Shown here piece after piece: positions 26,308-39,186 of a DNA stretch of 64,000 bases. The translations under genes were made by a program, and so were the position numbers. Numbering within the stretch: position 1 is the first letter of the stretch; every line of letters starts with the position of its first letter. This stretch comes from the human T2T-CHM13v2.0 reference genome, Homo sapiens: the NCBI RefSeq assembly GCF_009914755.1, contig NC_060947.1. One strand, written 5' to 3'. The notes beneath the pieces are model-generated. The model saw nothing but the letters and a program-made list of their open reading frames with translations. It made no database searches and was not told the DNA's origin.

Positions 26308-28524
26308 CTAGAGGGATGGAGAGGGGTAGAACTGTCATAATTAATATGAATAAATAATCAGTTTATTTTTGTCTTCCCATGCCCCTTCCTATACTTTTGT
26401 CTCCTATCACCTTATTTTCCCGATGGTATCCACTTGCCCTCAGCCATGCCACTATACTCCGATGCCCTAAAACAGAGACAGTTGAGACAAGGAGTCTCTC
26501 CTCATTGATTCTGTCAATTTACTCAGGGTTCTAATATTATCTCTGATTGACTGTTGCAATTCTGATCCTCTCCATTAAAACTGCCATTTCCTCACATTGA
26601 TTTCACATAGATTACGAAAAAACACGCTTTTTTCAAAGTCATTGGATACTCTTAGGTAACCTTAATAAAATGGGAAAAGGCAGCATTTTTATGTATTTTA
26701 AGGGGCGTATGTGGGACAAACATAACTCCTTAGTAGTTCTTAAATTCATCCACTTCATTATCTTTAAGGCTGGTCTTTGTCATGAAAATAGCAAAGACAC
26801 GATTTTCTGACTCCAGTCGATTACAGCAGAGACCACAGAAAATCAGCAATTCTTTCATTTTTTTCCATCAGTTTTTGTCTCAACCCCCCAGATTCGGCCA
26901 TTCAAGTGTAATATACGTAACGATGGAAATACCCATTGATATTAATTATTTTTAACCATTTCATATCTATACACTGATTAATACATTTTAAATGCATGTT
27001 TTTACATATATTACATAATTTGATCCTCATTACAATCTTTAGATTAAAATAAAACAGGCATCATCTCCCTTATTTTGTAGCTAGAAATGAGGCTCTGAGA
27101 GGTAAAGAGGCATATCCAAAATCACTAAGTAGTAATGTGCTCAGCTAGTGCTCAAAGCAGGTCTTGTGTCTTGAAGTTAAGGACTTTTTGCTCTCACCAT
27201 ACTGCTCCTTGCTGAGGCCAAAATTAACATTACAGAGAGCTGCACTTGGACAGTCAAGTCCTCAGCCAATCTGAACTGAGGATCCCTTTACTCACTGCTT
27301 TCTGGGCTTCGGAATTTCTTGTCATGAACAGTCCTGGCAGGAGACATGGGAGTACCCCACTTTGTATTCTTCACCAAATAGTAAATCTAGACACCAGTGA
27401 ATTTTCAGCATAAGTTATTTCTCTATTCAAGGGCTCTTTAGAGTTATGTTCTAAAGGCTATACTGAAATTACTGATTACAAAGAGTCTATGACCTACCCG
27501 TGTTCAATCCAAATCTACTTTTTTTATCACCATAGTATTTTTTTTCCCCAGGTTACTCTTCCATGAAACTTAGACATAGACTCAACCATAGAAAAGCCAT
27601 ATTCTAACCTAATATTATCCTGTATAACCCCTACTATAAAGAAACCTGATTTTGAGATCAAAGGCTACCCCCTAAAACCTCCAGCACTTCAGCACTTCCC
27701 TACTCCAGAGCAAACACACACAAGACATTAAATGTTTTCAATTTCTTATTGTAATCAACAAAAGATTACTGAATAGCCAAATTTTAGAACGAGCAGGGAT
27801 TTATGAACTAATCTAATTTAGAAATTTCAAACCATGTTCTATGAGCATAATTTATACTTCCTGAATTCAATCATAGGAAGGAGAAAGATAAAATGGCAGA
27901 TATTTCCCCCATCTAGTAACTCTATTATTTTCCAATTTATTAATTTAATTTTAAATAATATGATTTTAATATTAAATATTTAAATTTAATACTTTATTTT
28001 AAATAATAATATTTTGGGCAGGATAGGTTTTCTTTTAAAAATTGTTAGTCTATTTTAACTTCCTCATCTTACAAACAATGAAATGGATATGCAGAAAAAT
28101 CACATATTCTGGCTACTACTGAAAAAGTTAGGCCTAAATCTCAATCTTCTAAATCCACTGTTTTCTCTGGTGAGATTACCTTCTAAATCTATTGTTCTCT
28201 CTGCCGAGATCATCTCACCATTATTTGAACATCCCCATGAAGATGAATTAGTGTTAAACATATTTTATGATTATACTAAGTATTCATTTCTGTTTGAAAA
28301 CATGTATTTCTTAAGCAAGGATCTTTATACCCTTGTATCTTCTCACCACAATCTCTAACACAATGGAAGCTCAATCCCATTAGCTGATGCAATGAATATA
28401 TAAGCAAAGTGTCAGATATGCTTTATTTCTGTGTTTTTCATTTCATCGTGATAATAGAGCATAATTATCTCTTCAGAGCCCTAAAATGGGGTCATTGTTA
28501 CACTCAGTTGCCTTTACTAATTTA

Positions 28525-28949
<425 letters not shown>

Positions 28950-29030
28950 TTATGCCTTATGTTTCTAGGGAAAATAAAAGAAGTTCATAGAGTGGATCAC
29001 TTTATGCATGATTTCCAGAAGTATACTTAC

Positions 29031-29107
29031 AAATTCATGCAGAATGTGAAATGAAAACTCACAAACTTGTCTTGGTCACAAACTTGTATTGGCTGGGTCT
29101 GTCACAT
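29031..29107 (-). other. DMD: 77-nt cryptic/poison exon in intron 37 (probably the described 'exon 37a')
   Basis: ttgctctccaccacag|ATGTGA...GAATTT|gtaagt; about 1.78 kb into intron 37, matching the size and position of a pseudoexon I recall from the literature. Confidence 0.7.
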
Positions 29108-30884
29108 CTGTGGTGGAGAGCAAATTCTACCCATTTTTTAATATCTGTGAACCACAATCTTGTAACACAATTTATCCAAAGATAATACCTTATTTTCTCT
29201 TAAATATTCTATAGCTTAGTGATTTATTAAAATGTGCATGTGTGTGTGTCTATATCTTAGTAATGAAGTAGTAGCATTTTTTAAGGATTGAAATAAATCT
29301 CCATTCATTGTCTTGTTATTACATAAGCCATTGATATCTTTAGAAGTAAAAACAATTGTCTTTGTAAGTAACAATACATTCTTTCAAAACTTTAATCAAT
29401 TTTAAGAGCCTGTCACATTTTTTTGCAGGTAATAATGACTGACTCAAATATATATATTTGTGACAGTTAACTACTAAGTTATCTCATGCTGTCTCTCTCC
29501 ATATGTAGAGAATATAGCCTTTTAAAAGTCAACTATATAAGGTCTCTATGTATGGAGAGAGAGAGTACAAGAGAACTAAGTAGTTAACTATTAAAAATAA
29601 CTTGCAATGAATTAAGGTAAACTAACAACTTTTTAATTTGGGAAGGTGAATTTTGAAGGGTAACTGTGTCTCATGCATACAAGCTAAACTATTTAGAATT
29701 TATCATGTCACATTTCACTTATTTTGAAAACTACTTTAAATATGTACTATTATATAACATGATGAGACACTGTAATGCCTTAGAAAGTGCAGCAATTGTG
29801 AAACCATGCTATTACTGGTTGCTTATATCTATCAAAATATTTTTTGAAAATGTTCTATTTTTCCAGGAATCAATACTTACCTGACATACTGCATCATATT
29901 TTCTCATAAATACTCCAATGTTTTTTTCATTTCAGATTATTTCTAACAATTATCTATATACCTAAATACATATATTGATTTTATATACATTTTTATGTTT
30001 GAAAGCATATCATATATATTGAAATTTATCAAACTACAGTATATAAATTTCTAGGTAATTACTTGCATTTCAAATCTTCCCAAAGAGCTGAAATTCTATA
30101 ACACTATATTTATACATTTTTGCAAACTACTTATTAAATAAGACTTTCTCTTCATCAAATCATACACAAATATAAAGTCTATCACGCAAAAGTTCCATAT
30201 TCCCTGGTTCTTCTTAAACAGTAATATAAATAGGCATATAAAATTACAAAAATTAGGATATGTAAGCTTTGCAATGATTTGTTTTCATGGCGTGATCATT
30301 TCATTATAGCCTAATGAATTTTGTCACAGTGTCTACAACTAGCAAAAGCAAGTTAAATAAACACACTTGCACAACCAGTAAAGAGGTAAAAAACACCCTA
30401 GATCGTGCAGAAGATGTACAAGACCTCATTTTGGATATTTGATCCACATTACATACAAGCAATATTGTATCAGTACTGCTTTTGGCAAAATTTATCGGTA
30501 GTGCTTTATGTTGATGGATGACTTGTGTGCTTTTGGTTTTATTTATTTTTTTGGCCTTCAGCATGCTATTTGTTATTTTTTTCTGTAGGTGACCCCTGAA
30601 AGTACGTATGTAAACTGCAGCATAGAATGCAGTCCTAGAATATCTATGGCAGCAAAAGATGAGAGAGAAAAAGAGACAGAGAGAGACAGAGAGAGACAGA
30701 GACGGGGAGGAGTGGCGTTTATCTCCCATTATAATCAGTGGTAAAATTTCCTTAAATACATTTTGGCATTCATTTTCCTTTTGAAAACCTTGCTGTGGGG
30801 TCTACTTGCCCCTTTCAGAGTACTGCGCAACCTTCGCAAGAGACCATTTAGCACAAGTTTCCACCTTGGAGTAGATCTTCCTAC

Positions 30885-31055
30885 CTTTCCAGTCTTAATT
30901 CTGTGTGAAATGGCTGCAAATCGATGGTTGAGCTCTGAGATTTGGGGCTCTACTAATTTCCTGCAGTGGTCACCGTGGTTTGCCATCAAGTTTGCTGCTT
31001 GGTCACGTGTAGAGTCCACCTTTGGGCGTATGTCATTCAGTTCTGCCTTTAAACG
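30885..31055 (-). CDS. DMD: Dystrophin exon 37 (171 nt; RLKAELNDIRPKVDSTRDQAANLMANHGDHC...RIKTGK)
   Basis: ORF 30735..31019; atatag|CGTTTA and GGAAAG|gtagga; perfect TACTAAC branch point at 31088-31094. Confidence 0.98.
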
Positions 31056-32678
31056 CTATATTCCATGAGCAAGAGATAGGACTTGAAGTTAGTAATTAAT
31101 GAAGGTCAAGATAGAAAAAGAGAGCCAAACAGAGCGAGTGAGCAAGTGAGCGAGAAGAGTGAGAAAGAGAGAGAGAGAAAGTAAGAAAATGAGAGCAAGC
31201 ACATGCAGAAAATACAAAGGGAGATAAAACCACAACTTCCATAAAACAGGACTAAAATGAAAATGCGTGTGATTTCAGAAAAATAGATCACCGTCCTTAA
31301 GTTTGATGCATGTCTATTTAAAATGTTTATTTAGTCCGAGGAAGGACAGGGATGTTTTCCCAACTATGTTGTTGCAACTATCATAATATATTCTATTTAG
31401 TCTTATTTTATTATATCGTTACTGAATTTAATAGTTGTGGAATGAACTAAGTATGTGCTCAGGAGGGCAGGTAGCTGAAGAACACTTTTCTATTCCTTCC
31501 TAGCACTTTCAAGTTCCTCTTTATTACATTGAGTGTCATAAGAAAAAAAGTGATTTTCTAACACATACGAATTTTCTGTCACATACAGAGGTACTGAGGA
31601 ATGTTCTTCCTGACCTGCCGGGTCACAGAGGTTGAAGTTAAATAACTCAGACCCTATTATTCAAAAAGCCTTGAAGGAAATTCACCATAAGATGACATCT
31701 CTGACTATACATCAAGGGATAATGAAGAGCACAATACAGATCCACATCAAAATAAGCTTCAGACAATGGCATAAATGTGTTTTGGGGATAGCCTGGAATG
31801 AATTTATAGTTTTTCATTAAAGGTATATCGTAATCTGTGGAAAATATCAGAGGCATAAAAATAAATTGCATAGAAAGAAACATAATTTTTGAGTTTTCTT
31901 TAAATAGTAAACAACTAATCAATAAATTTATCAAACATTGCAGCAAAACAAAATAAAAAATGTTTATTGAAAAGAGAGCTGTTAAAATTCAACTCTACCT
32001 ATTTAATTGGGAAAGGAGACATCATCAAATAGAAACAATGTAGTGTCTATAAGGTATATTTGCGTATTACACCTCTCATACCCTTTTATCGGAATCATTT
32101 TTTAAAGAAAAGATTAAGTTCCCCTTGAAAAAGAAGACAGGGCATCCTAACAGTCAGTTTTGAGACTAAAAGAAAGAACCCAAAGCCTAGTTTACATGTA
32201 GTTAAAAATGAAAACCTCAGCTTTACATAAGCCCAACATTAAGACTAATTACCAAGATTTGGATATGGCATAGGCAAAAAAATCAGCTGACTGGATTTCA
32301 GGTGTTCATTCAGATGGGCTAAATGAATGATAGTGTCAGATTGTTCTTTGTGTTAGACACAAGAATGTAGTACCACCATTGACAAAGGCAGAAATTTGCA
32401 ATATGATTTCAAAATAAATCTTGGAATATCTTTCTGAACGGAGTTTACATTGGGTATAATTAACTGAGTGATGGATTTGAACAGAAAGTCAGATTACAGA
32501 ACTCTTCAAAATCATTCATTTCCATTCAAAGGGGGAAGGAAGGAAAAAGGGAAAGATAAAGGAAGGAAGAAAGGATTGTTTTACTCTTATTAAGACGTCC
32601 TTAGTATCTTTTAGGACAAAGATGATTGAAGTAACTGGTGTACAATTTGGACATTACTTTTCATATTTTATTTGCTAC

Positions 32679-32807
32679 CTTAAGCACGTCTTCTTTTTGC
32701 TGGGGTTTCTTTTTCTCTGATTCATCCAAAAGTGTGTCAGCCTGAATGATCCACTTTGTGATGTGGTCCACATTCTGGTCAAAAGTTTCCATGTGTTTCT
32801 GGTATTC
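32679..32807 (-). CDS. DMD: Dystrophin exon 36 (129 nt; EYQKHMETFDQNVDHITKWIIQADTLLDESEKKKPQQKEDVLK)
   Basis: Manual translation; attaag|GAATAC (weak AAG acceptor) and CTTAAG|gtagca. Confidence 0.97.
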
Positions 32808-33116
32808 CTTAATTGTACAGAGACATACCATGGCATTATTGGTTAGACAATATTCTTAAAGAATTTTTCCTATGTTCTAAAATGTTTAAAAGACAACAAT
32901 AAAGTTTCATTGAGATTAGTTTTAAGTGGTATTTTCATATAGAATATTGCGTAAATATAAAGAAAAATATATTAAAATATTGTTATAGATATTGAATTAA
33001 GAGCCAGCATATATGTAGAATTGAGAAATTTTCAAACACAGAATTGTTACTGGTCACTTATGTATCTTTTTCTCGTGACAGAGAAGGGTGTAAAAGCTTC
33101 TAGCCTTTTCTCTTAC

Positions 33117-33296
33117 CAACAAAAGATTTAACCACTCTTCTGCTCGGGAGGTGACAGCTATCCAGTTACTATTCAGAAGACTGAGTTTATCTTCCACCAA
33201 CGTCTCCTTCTTGCCCAAAACTGTTTTCAAGGCCTCTCCTACCTCTGTGATACTCTTCAGGTGCACCTTCTGTTTCTCAATCTCTTTTTGAGTAGC
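33117..33296 (-). CDS. DMD: Dystrophin exon 35 (180 nt; ATQKEIEKQKVHLKSITEVG...EEWLNLLL)
   Basis: ORF 33054..33314; tcacag|GCTACT and TTGTTG|gtaaga. Confidence 0.98.
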
Positions 33297-33674
33297 CTGT
33301 GAAAAGGAGAGCATTGACCTTCAAGTAATGTCTTGTAGTCTTAAGATTTAATGCTTATGAAACGGCTTTCTGTATGGTTACTATGATTCTGCAAGGTTTT
33401 AAACCTATAACTATGTATTAATGAATCATGAAAACCATACCATATATATTGAAGCTTCATTGTTGGGTAACTATGAACATATATATGTACATAAGCATAA
33501 TTCATGTCTTATTTTTCATTATAAATATTTAATAAACATACATATTGTTCAACTAAATATATTTATATTTATTTAATTTATACATGTAGTGGCTAAAGGC
33601 AGATATTTGAAAATCCATCCACAAATAAGAAACTGCCCTTAGAAAATTCTACAGTATGGTGCTACTGTATTTCT

Positions 33675-33905
33675 GCAGCAGGGATTTTTTTAGCCTTTTA
33701 GTGCCATGGATCTTTTTGGCATCTGTTGAAGCTTAAAAACCCATTCTCATAATAATGCTTTTAAATGCATAAAACAAAATACATAGGATTTTAAATGAAA
33801 ACAATTATACTGAAATACAATGTGCAACACATTTTTTAAATATTCGTGATGTAGTAATACATGTTTTATTTCCTAATATGTTAATTAACAAGATCTAGCA
33901 TCAGG
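33675..33905 (+). mobile_element. hAT-Charlie-type DNA transposon fragment
   Basis: gtgccatggatctttttggcatctgttgaagc...aaatgcataaaacaaaatacatagg. Confidence 0.5.
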
Positions 33906-36900
33906 TCTTTAGGATAATTTCAATGTAGTGATGACGAGCATAACTGGTATTTTTAAGTATGTACAATGTCTGGAACACGTTATAAAAGTATCTGTCATTT
34001 CTATTAGTGACAAAGTCATGGGTATCTCTATTGCTGGAGTTTGTTGCTCACATTTTAACTGAAAAAACTGCTTACTTTTGGTTTTAATTGAATACAAATA
34101 AAGATAAAGTTTTCCCCCAATCCAAGTTCACAGACCTTATTTCTATCCACATACCCTAGACTAAAATCTCCTAAGAGAATACCACTATTTCCTAAGAGGT
34201 GATTTATAAAACATGAAAACAATCACATTTAACATGAAAAAAGATAGAGAGTAGTGATGGAAAAAGTGATCTTAGTACAAAGGTTTACTACCTGCCCTGC
34301 ATAAAGCCCCTTTCCTGGTACATGGCACGGCTGACAGACAATGTGGCCACTCGGCATTCCACTGAGTCTGTGCCTGGTTCTTTCCCTGCCTGTCTAGTTA
34401 GCCAGCTGTGGGACATTCACAGAGAGCTGAGCCAGAGCCCAACAGACCCTTTTTCTCCTTTCTCAATAAGGTTAACAGATACAGAGACTGTGATTGGCAC
34501 TCGAGTTGAAAAGCTATTTGCGAGTGGAGCTGATGTCTTAATCACAGAAAGCCAAAGCAAAACAAAATCATTGAGAAACAGCAATAATAGGAAAGTGGAG
34601 AAAGTCCAGATACAAATAATCAATTAATAAACACACAAGGAGCAGCTCTGTAATGCCAGCCTACATCTAATTTCTTAAGAAAAAAATTACAGTACAAGAG
34701 TAAGAAATTAGGTATAGGCTGGCCTCATAGAGTCACTCTCAACATGTCTTTTCTATCTTTATAATATACCTAAGTAGTCCTGTGGCTGTCTTTCTGCCAC
34801 GCCATAAGGTCCTGGTCCACTCGAAATCACTTCTCATACTTTTTGTTTTGGTTTTGCCTTTGGCATCGGATAAACAGGAGAAATAAATGAGGAAACAATG
34901 TATAAAAATTTTTATGCAAGACAAAAACACTGTTTCTTCAATTCTAAGATATTGTTTTATGTCACATTTTTTCAATAAAAACATGCCAGAAATTAAGGTA
35001 CTTAATGCCAGATGAACTCGACAGCTATCATGCATGGGGTTCTTCATATGTAGGTGCTATTTGTTGCACACAGGTGAGCTTAGCAATTCATAAAAGCAAT
35101 TTCTTCATTTATCAATCGTAAGTGTTGCCTGAGCTCCTATTATATGCCAGTTACTACTGTAGCAGAATCATATGTAATTCTCCTCAATATATTCTGGGAG
35201 ATTATTAGAAGTCTCTCATTTGGGTAGATACAGACCCTTTAGAGCTTAACTTCAGAGTAGACATAGACTAGATTTTATTCCTTTTAATACTTTGACTTCA
35301 ACCTTTTGTAGTATACAACCTCTACAACCATAGATGTTAGCCATTGTTACTAGGCTCTGTGGGATAAAATGGTAGAGAAGTCCCCATCCTTCAAAAACTT
35401 ATATCCAAGTATGAGTTTGTCAAAGAGATGGACATATACGCAAATGAGAATTATCTACTTTCTATATTCCAGTCTACTGGCATCTCGCTGTAGTTGATTT
35501 ATTCACAAAGGTAACCCTTCACAAAGTTGAAGCTTAATTTATATTTGGATTACTAATTATCTCTTAATAAGTCTTCATAAAGATGACACTATATTTTAGC
35601 ATCAATGTAAAAAGTTATTGTGTACATAGATTTTGTTTCTTACATGACAAGCAATGCAATTAAAGGCAATGGAATTTTCCAAAACTCAGAAGAGATCACA
35701 AAAGTTTTGAACTTAGGGGATAATGTTGCAGGTAGTTCCTGGGTCACAGAAACCATTATGTGTCAACATCTGGCCAAATTCCTCCAGCTAATTTAAACAA
35801 TGTCCAGTGATGTTCAGTTGATGGGAACAAAATAGGAAATGTGGACTAATTTCTAGTGCCTTCTTAAGTTCCACAAAATTATAAATTAAAACTAAAAGAT
35901 GTTCAATTTATCACCATTATCAACTTGTATTTGAAAAAAGCAGTGATATGATGGTGGTTTATAACTGCTAATGGTCAAAAGTGATTCACAGGACAATTTA
36001 CACTCTGTAAAAAAAGAGACCTAGAGTTAAACTTTTATGTATGCTATTCAACAATAAGGAACCAGTATTCAATCATTTGTATACATGCTGTTTTGGGTTA
36101 GGAAAAAATATTGTGTTAATTTAGTAGGCCTTAAATTTTTCCCTCAAATGTGTTTTTAATCAAAGATATGACTTAAGAAATAAGATTTAAATAAGACTTA
36201 GCCTTTAAATACTATGCTGAGCTTGCTTTCTGGAGATCTGAAATACTAATTGACCAATGTATATCAGGTGCCTAATATCCAGTCTGTACTGTGCTATTCA
36301 CTGCCAGAGATGAGGAATGAGGTAATCTTTGCAAACCTCACTCTAATCATGCCTACAGTGTAGCTGCAGAGGAAAGCTTAAATGCAATAAAACAATTTGA
36401 TATCATACTAGAAAAAAATCACATTTTTTTTTGGAAACAGATGAGCCATGGCTGGAATAAGCATGAATGACTACAAGGGAAAGGTGACACTTGAAGGCGG
36501 AGTGTGCATGGGATGGTTTGGATTGACTAAAGACAAAGTACGAAGCAACGAGAAGGTATGAAAGTTAGAATACAAGGCTGCCATAGAGGAACAGGGAATT
36601 CTTACTGTAAACTAAAAGAATACATTTGATGAGGTTGTTGACGAACCATTTTCTCTGGCTCTAATAGTTTCCCACAACACAAGAATGTCTGCATCTTCAG
36701 ATGTATGGAGAACCAACCTAGAGCTATTGCCTTGGCCATTGTCTTTATACCTGTACTCATTCCTCTCAAAGGGAGCTCCTTATTTATAGGGTTGGCGAGA
36801 TGGAAAGAAACAGCTGAAAAGATATGGCATTTCCTCCTTTTCAAAAGCATCCGATTCTCAGCATACATGCCTTCTTCTGCCTTGTGAGGTGAGAAGTGGA

Positions 36901-39039
36901 GAGGGTTCTAGAAGATCTACTCTTCTGAAGGAGCAAGTTCAAATTCAATGACTAAATTCACTAAATTATAACTCAGACACTTTAGGTTTTTCAGTCATGT
37001 AGTAATGTGATTGCTGCTAGGATCGATTTTAGGGCTGAAGAAAAAGCAAGATTGTGTACACTCAGTTTTAACTTGACCTATGACATGATTGTAAGTCCAC
37101 CTTCAGGAGATTCAAGAGAAGGTGAACGCAAACTATATACTTGGCACTAAGGGTTTTTATGATAGAGGGGAAAATATCTGACATAAGTAAAATCCAATTA
37201 AACTATAAATTCTCACAATGTCTAACATATTATTTTCCATATGTTACTTTGTAACATTTGATAGCTCCAGTATAAATAGTCCAAATACTAAGCACTAACT
37301 TCCATGATTTCAAACAAATTTGCTGTCTACTTCTTAGCCATAATTTGTAAATGCTACTCTAATTTCCTTATTATAAAAGAATGAGTATAATGAGTTAATT
37401 TCTTCCAGTGAAGTCATGCCCCATGTTGATGGGAAGGATGAAGAATACATTCTGATTCATTCCCCATATCTACAAGTATAATTGCTTGTAGAAATTTAAA
37501 AAGGCATGTTCGGTTCAGGGTTCAGCTATCGGCTCACTTCACTGATACAGTAGCAAGATGGAAAAACCTTCTCCATTGGTCTCTGCTGATTATACCATCA
37601 GCATTTTTCATTATTTTTATTTAATGGTAGAACGGTAAAAATTATTGGAAAAATCATCTGGTCCTATAGGAACACCTTTACAAACATTTCCCTTCAGGGG
37701 TAAAGAAATGTAGCTCACTTAACCTCTATTCTCTCCTCCATCCATTTCGTATTTTCACAAGTTTTCCAGTACCTTCCACAGATTTTCTTGGAATTTCTCA
37801 GGGACTTATATTCTTAAGATAACTTCTCTGTCTGATCTCTTTTTTCCACCCCCTCTTTTTAAACAAATTTTATTATCTTAAGAGTCTCCTGTTCTCTAGA
37901 GCTTATCTTCAATCAGCACCACATTTATTTACCTACGTACCTTAACATCATTTCCTTATAGATTCCTCCCTTTACTAGGACTCAATTAAATTCAGACTTA
38001 TTTTAGCTATTCCTTTCTCTTACTCATGTTCCCTGTAATATGAATAAAAGGCTAACTAAAGCATCCATAAAAGGCATCTTGAGAAGTCCCCCTACCCAGG
38101 TGAATTCTGCACTTAGTATTTGCAAATATTATACCATTTCTGATCACAGAGAACAGGAGAGGGTTCTTTCACCTTTTAGCTACGTAACATATTCGTGGAA
38201 AGAAAAGGAATACATTGCCATATTACTGCAATTCTAAGATGTGCATTTGTCACATTTTAAGGATTCGGAAATTGAGATGTAACATACAATTAAGGTTTAC
38301 CTTGAAAGTGGTAGTGTTTTTTTTTTTTTTTAAATTCTCAGAAGCTGTAATCATATCAATGGTGCATCACACAATCTAACATGTCTTAAACATGAGGAAA
38401 TGAGATGCTAATTGCTTTTACAGCCCCCAAAATTACTCTATCATGGCTAGAGGTTTAGGACATATTTTACTATTAGGCTAATGTGACAGAATAATATAAT
38501 GATACATTCAAAAAGAACATAAAGCATTAAATAGTGGATTCTATAGCAATGTGTATTGACTTTTTAATAACACTGTATTGTTTATTAAAGAAGAATTTCA
38601 TGAAAGCAGAATGAACTGAACAGAAATAACAGCTCTAACTATAATGACAGTGAATAGTGACTCCAATGGCATGTAACAGATGTTCTATTTTCTAAGTAAC
38701 AGCTGCTTGATGCATTCATTGCACCAAGTTAATGATCTGCTAGTGTTATTTCACTTCACAGATAAATTACTCTGCTCACTTTAAAAAAAAAAGATACGTA
38801 ATTTTTCAGGGGAATGAGAGTATAACAGACTTTAGAGTAAGTAATAGTTATTATATTTTTATAGCTAAGAGGAATGATGAGTTGAGGCAGTTATCCAGAT
38901 AATCTAGGACCAGAAACCAGATCTCTTTAAACTGTGAAATCTTACTGTTGTAAAAAATATATATACAAGACATGGTTGACTGAGCTGAATTTAGGCTCTC
39001 GTCAGACAGCTTGAAATTCGCGGATCTTGTATCACATTA

Positions 39040-39186
39040 TCTAGTGATTCTCAACTTTGCTGAATAAGAGAGCTAGTTAGAGTTAGACCAATTAAATCAG
39101 AATCTCTGGAAGTGGGCCCCAAACATTGGGATACTTTTCAAGTTTCTCGGGTGATTTTGATGTGCAACCAATGTTGAAAACCACAG
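39040..39186 (+). mobile_element. MER5-family MITE
   Basis: gtgattctcaactt...aatcagaatctctggaagtgggccc...ggtgattttgatgtgcaaccaatgttgaaaaccac. Confidence 0.65.

Noticed and set aside
30304-30729. 141-aa minus-strand ORF just after exon 37
   Set aside because: Starts in a (CT)-rich simple repeat, has no recognisable homology, and is separated from the exon 37 read-through frame by a stop at 30735.
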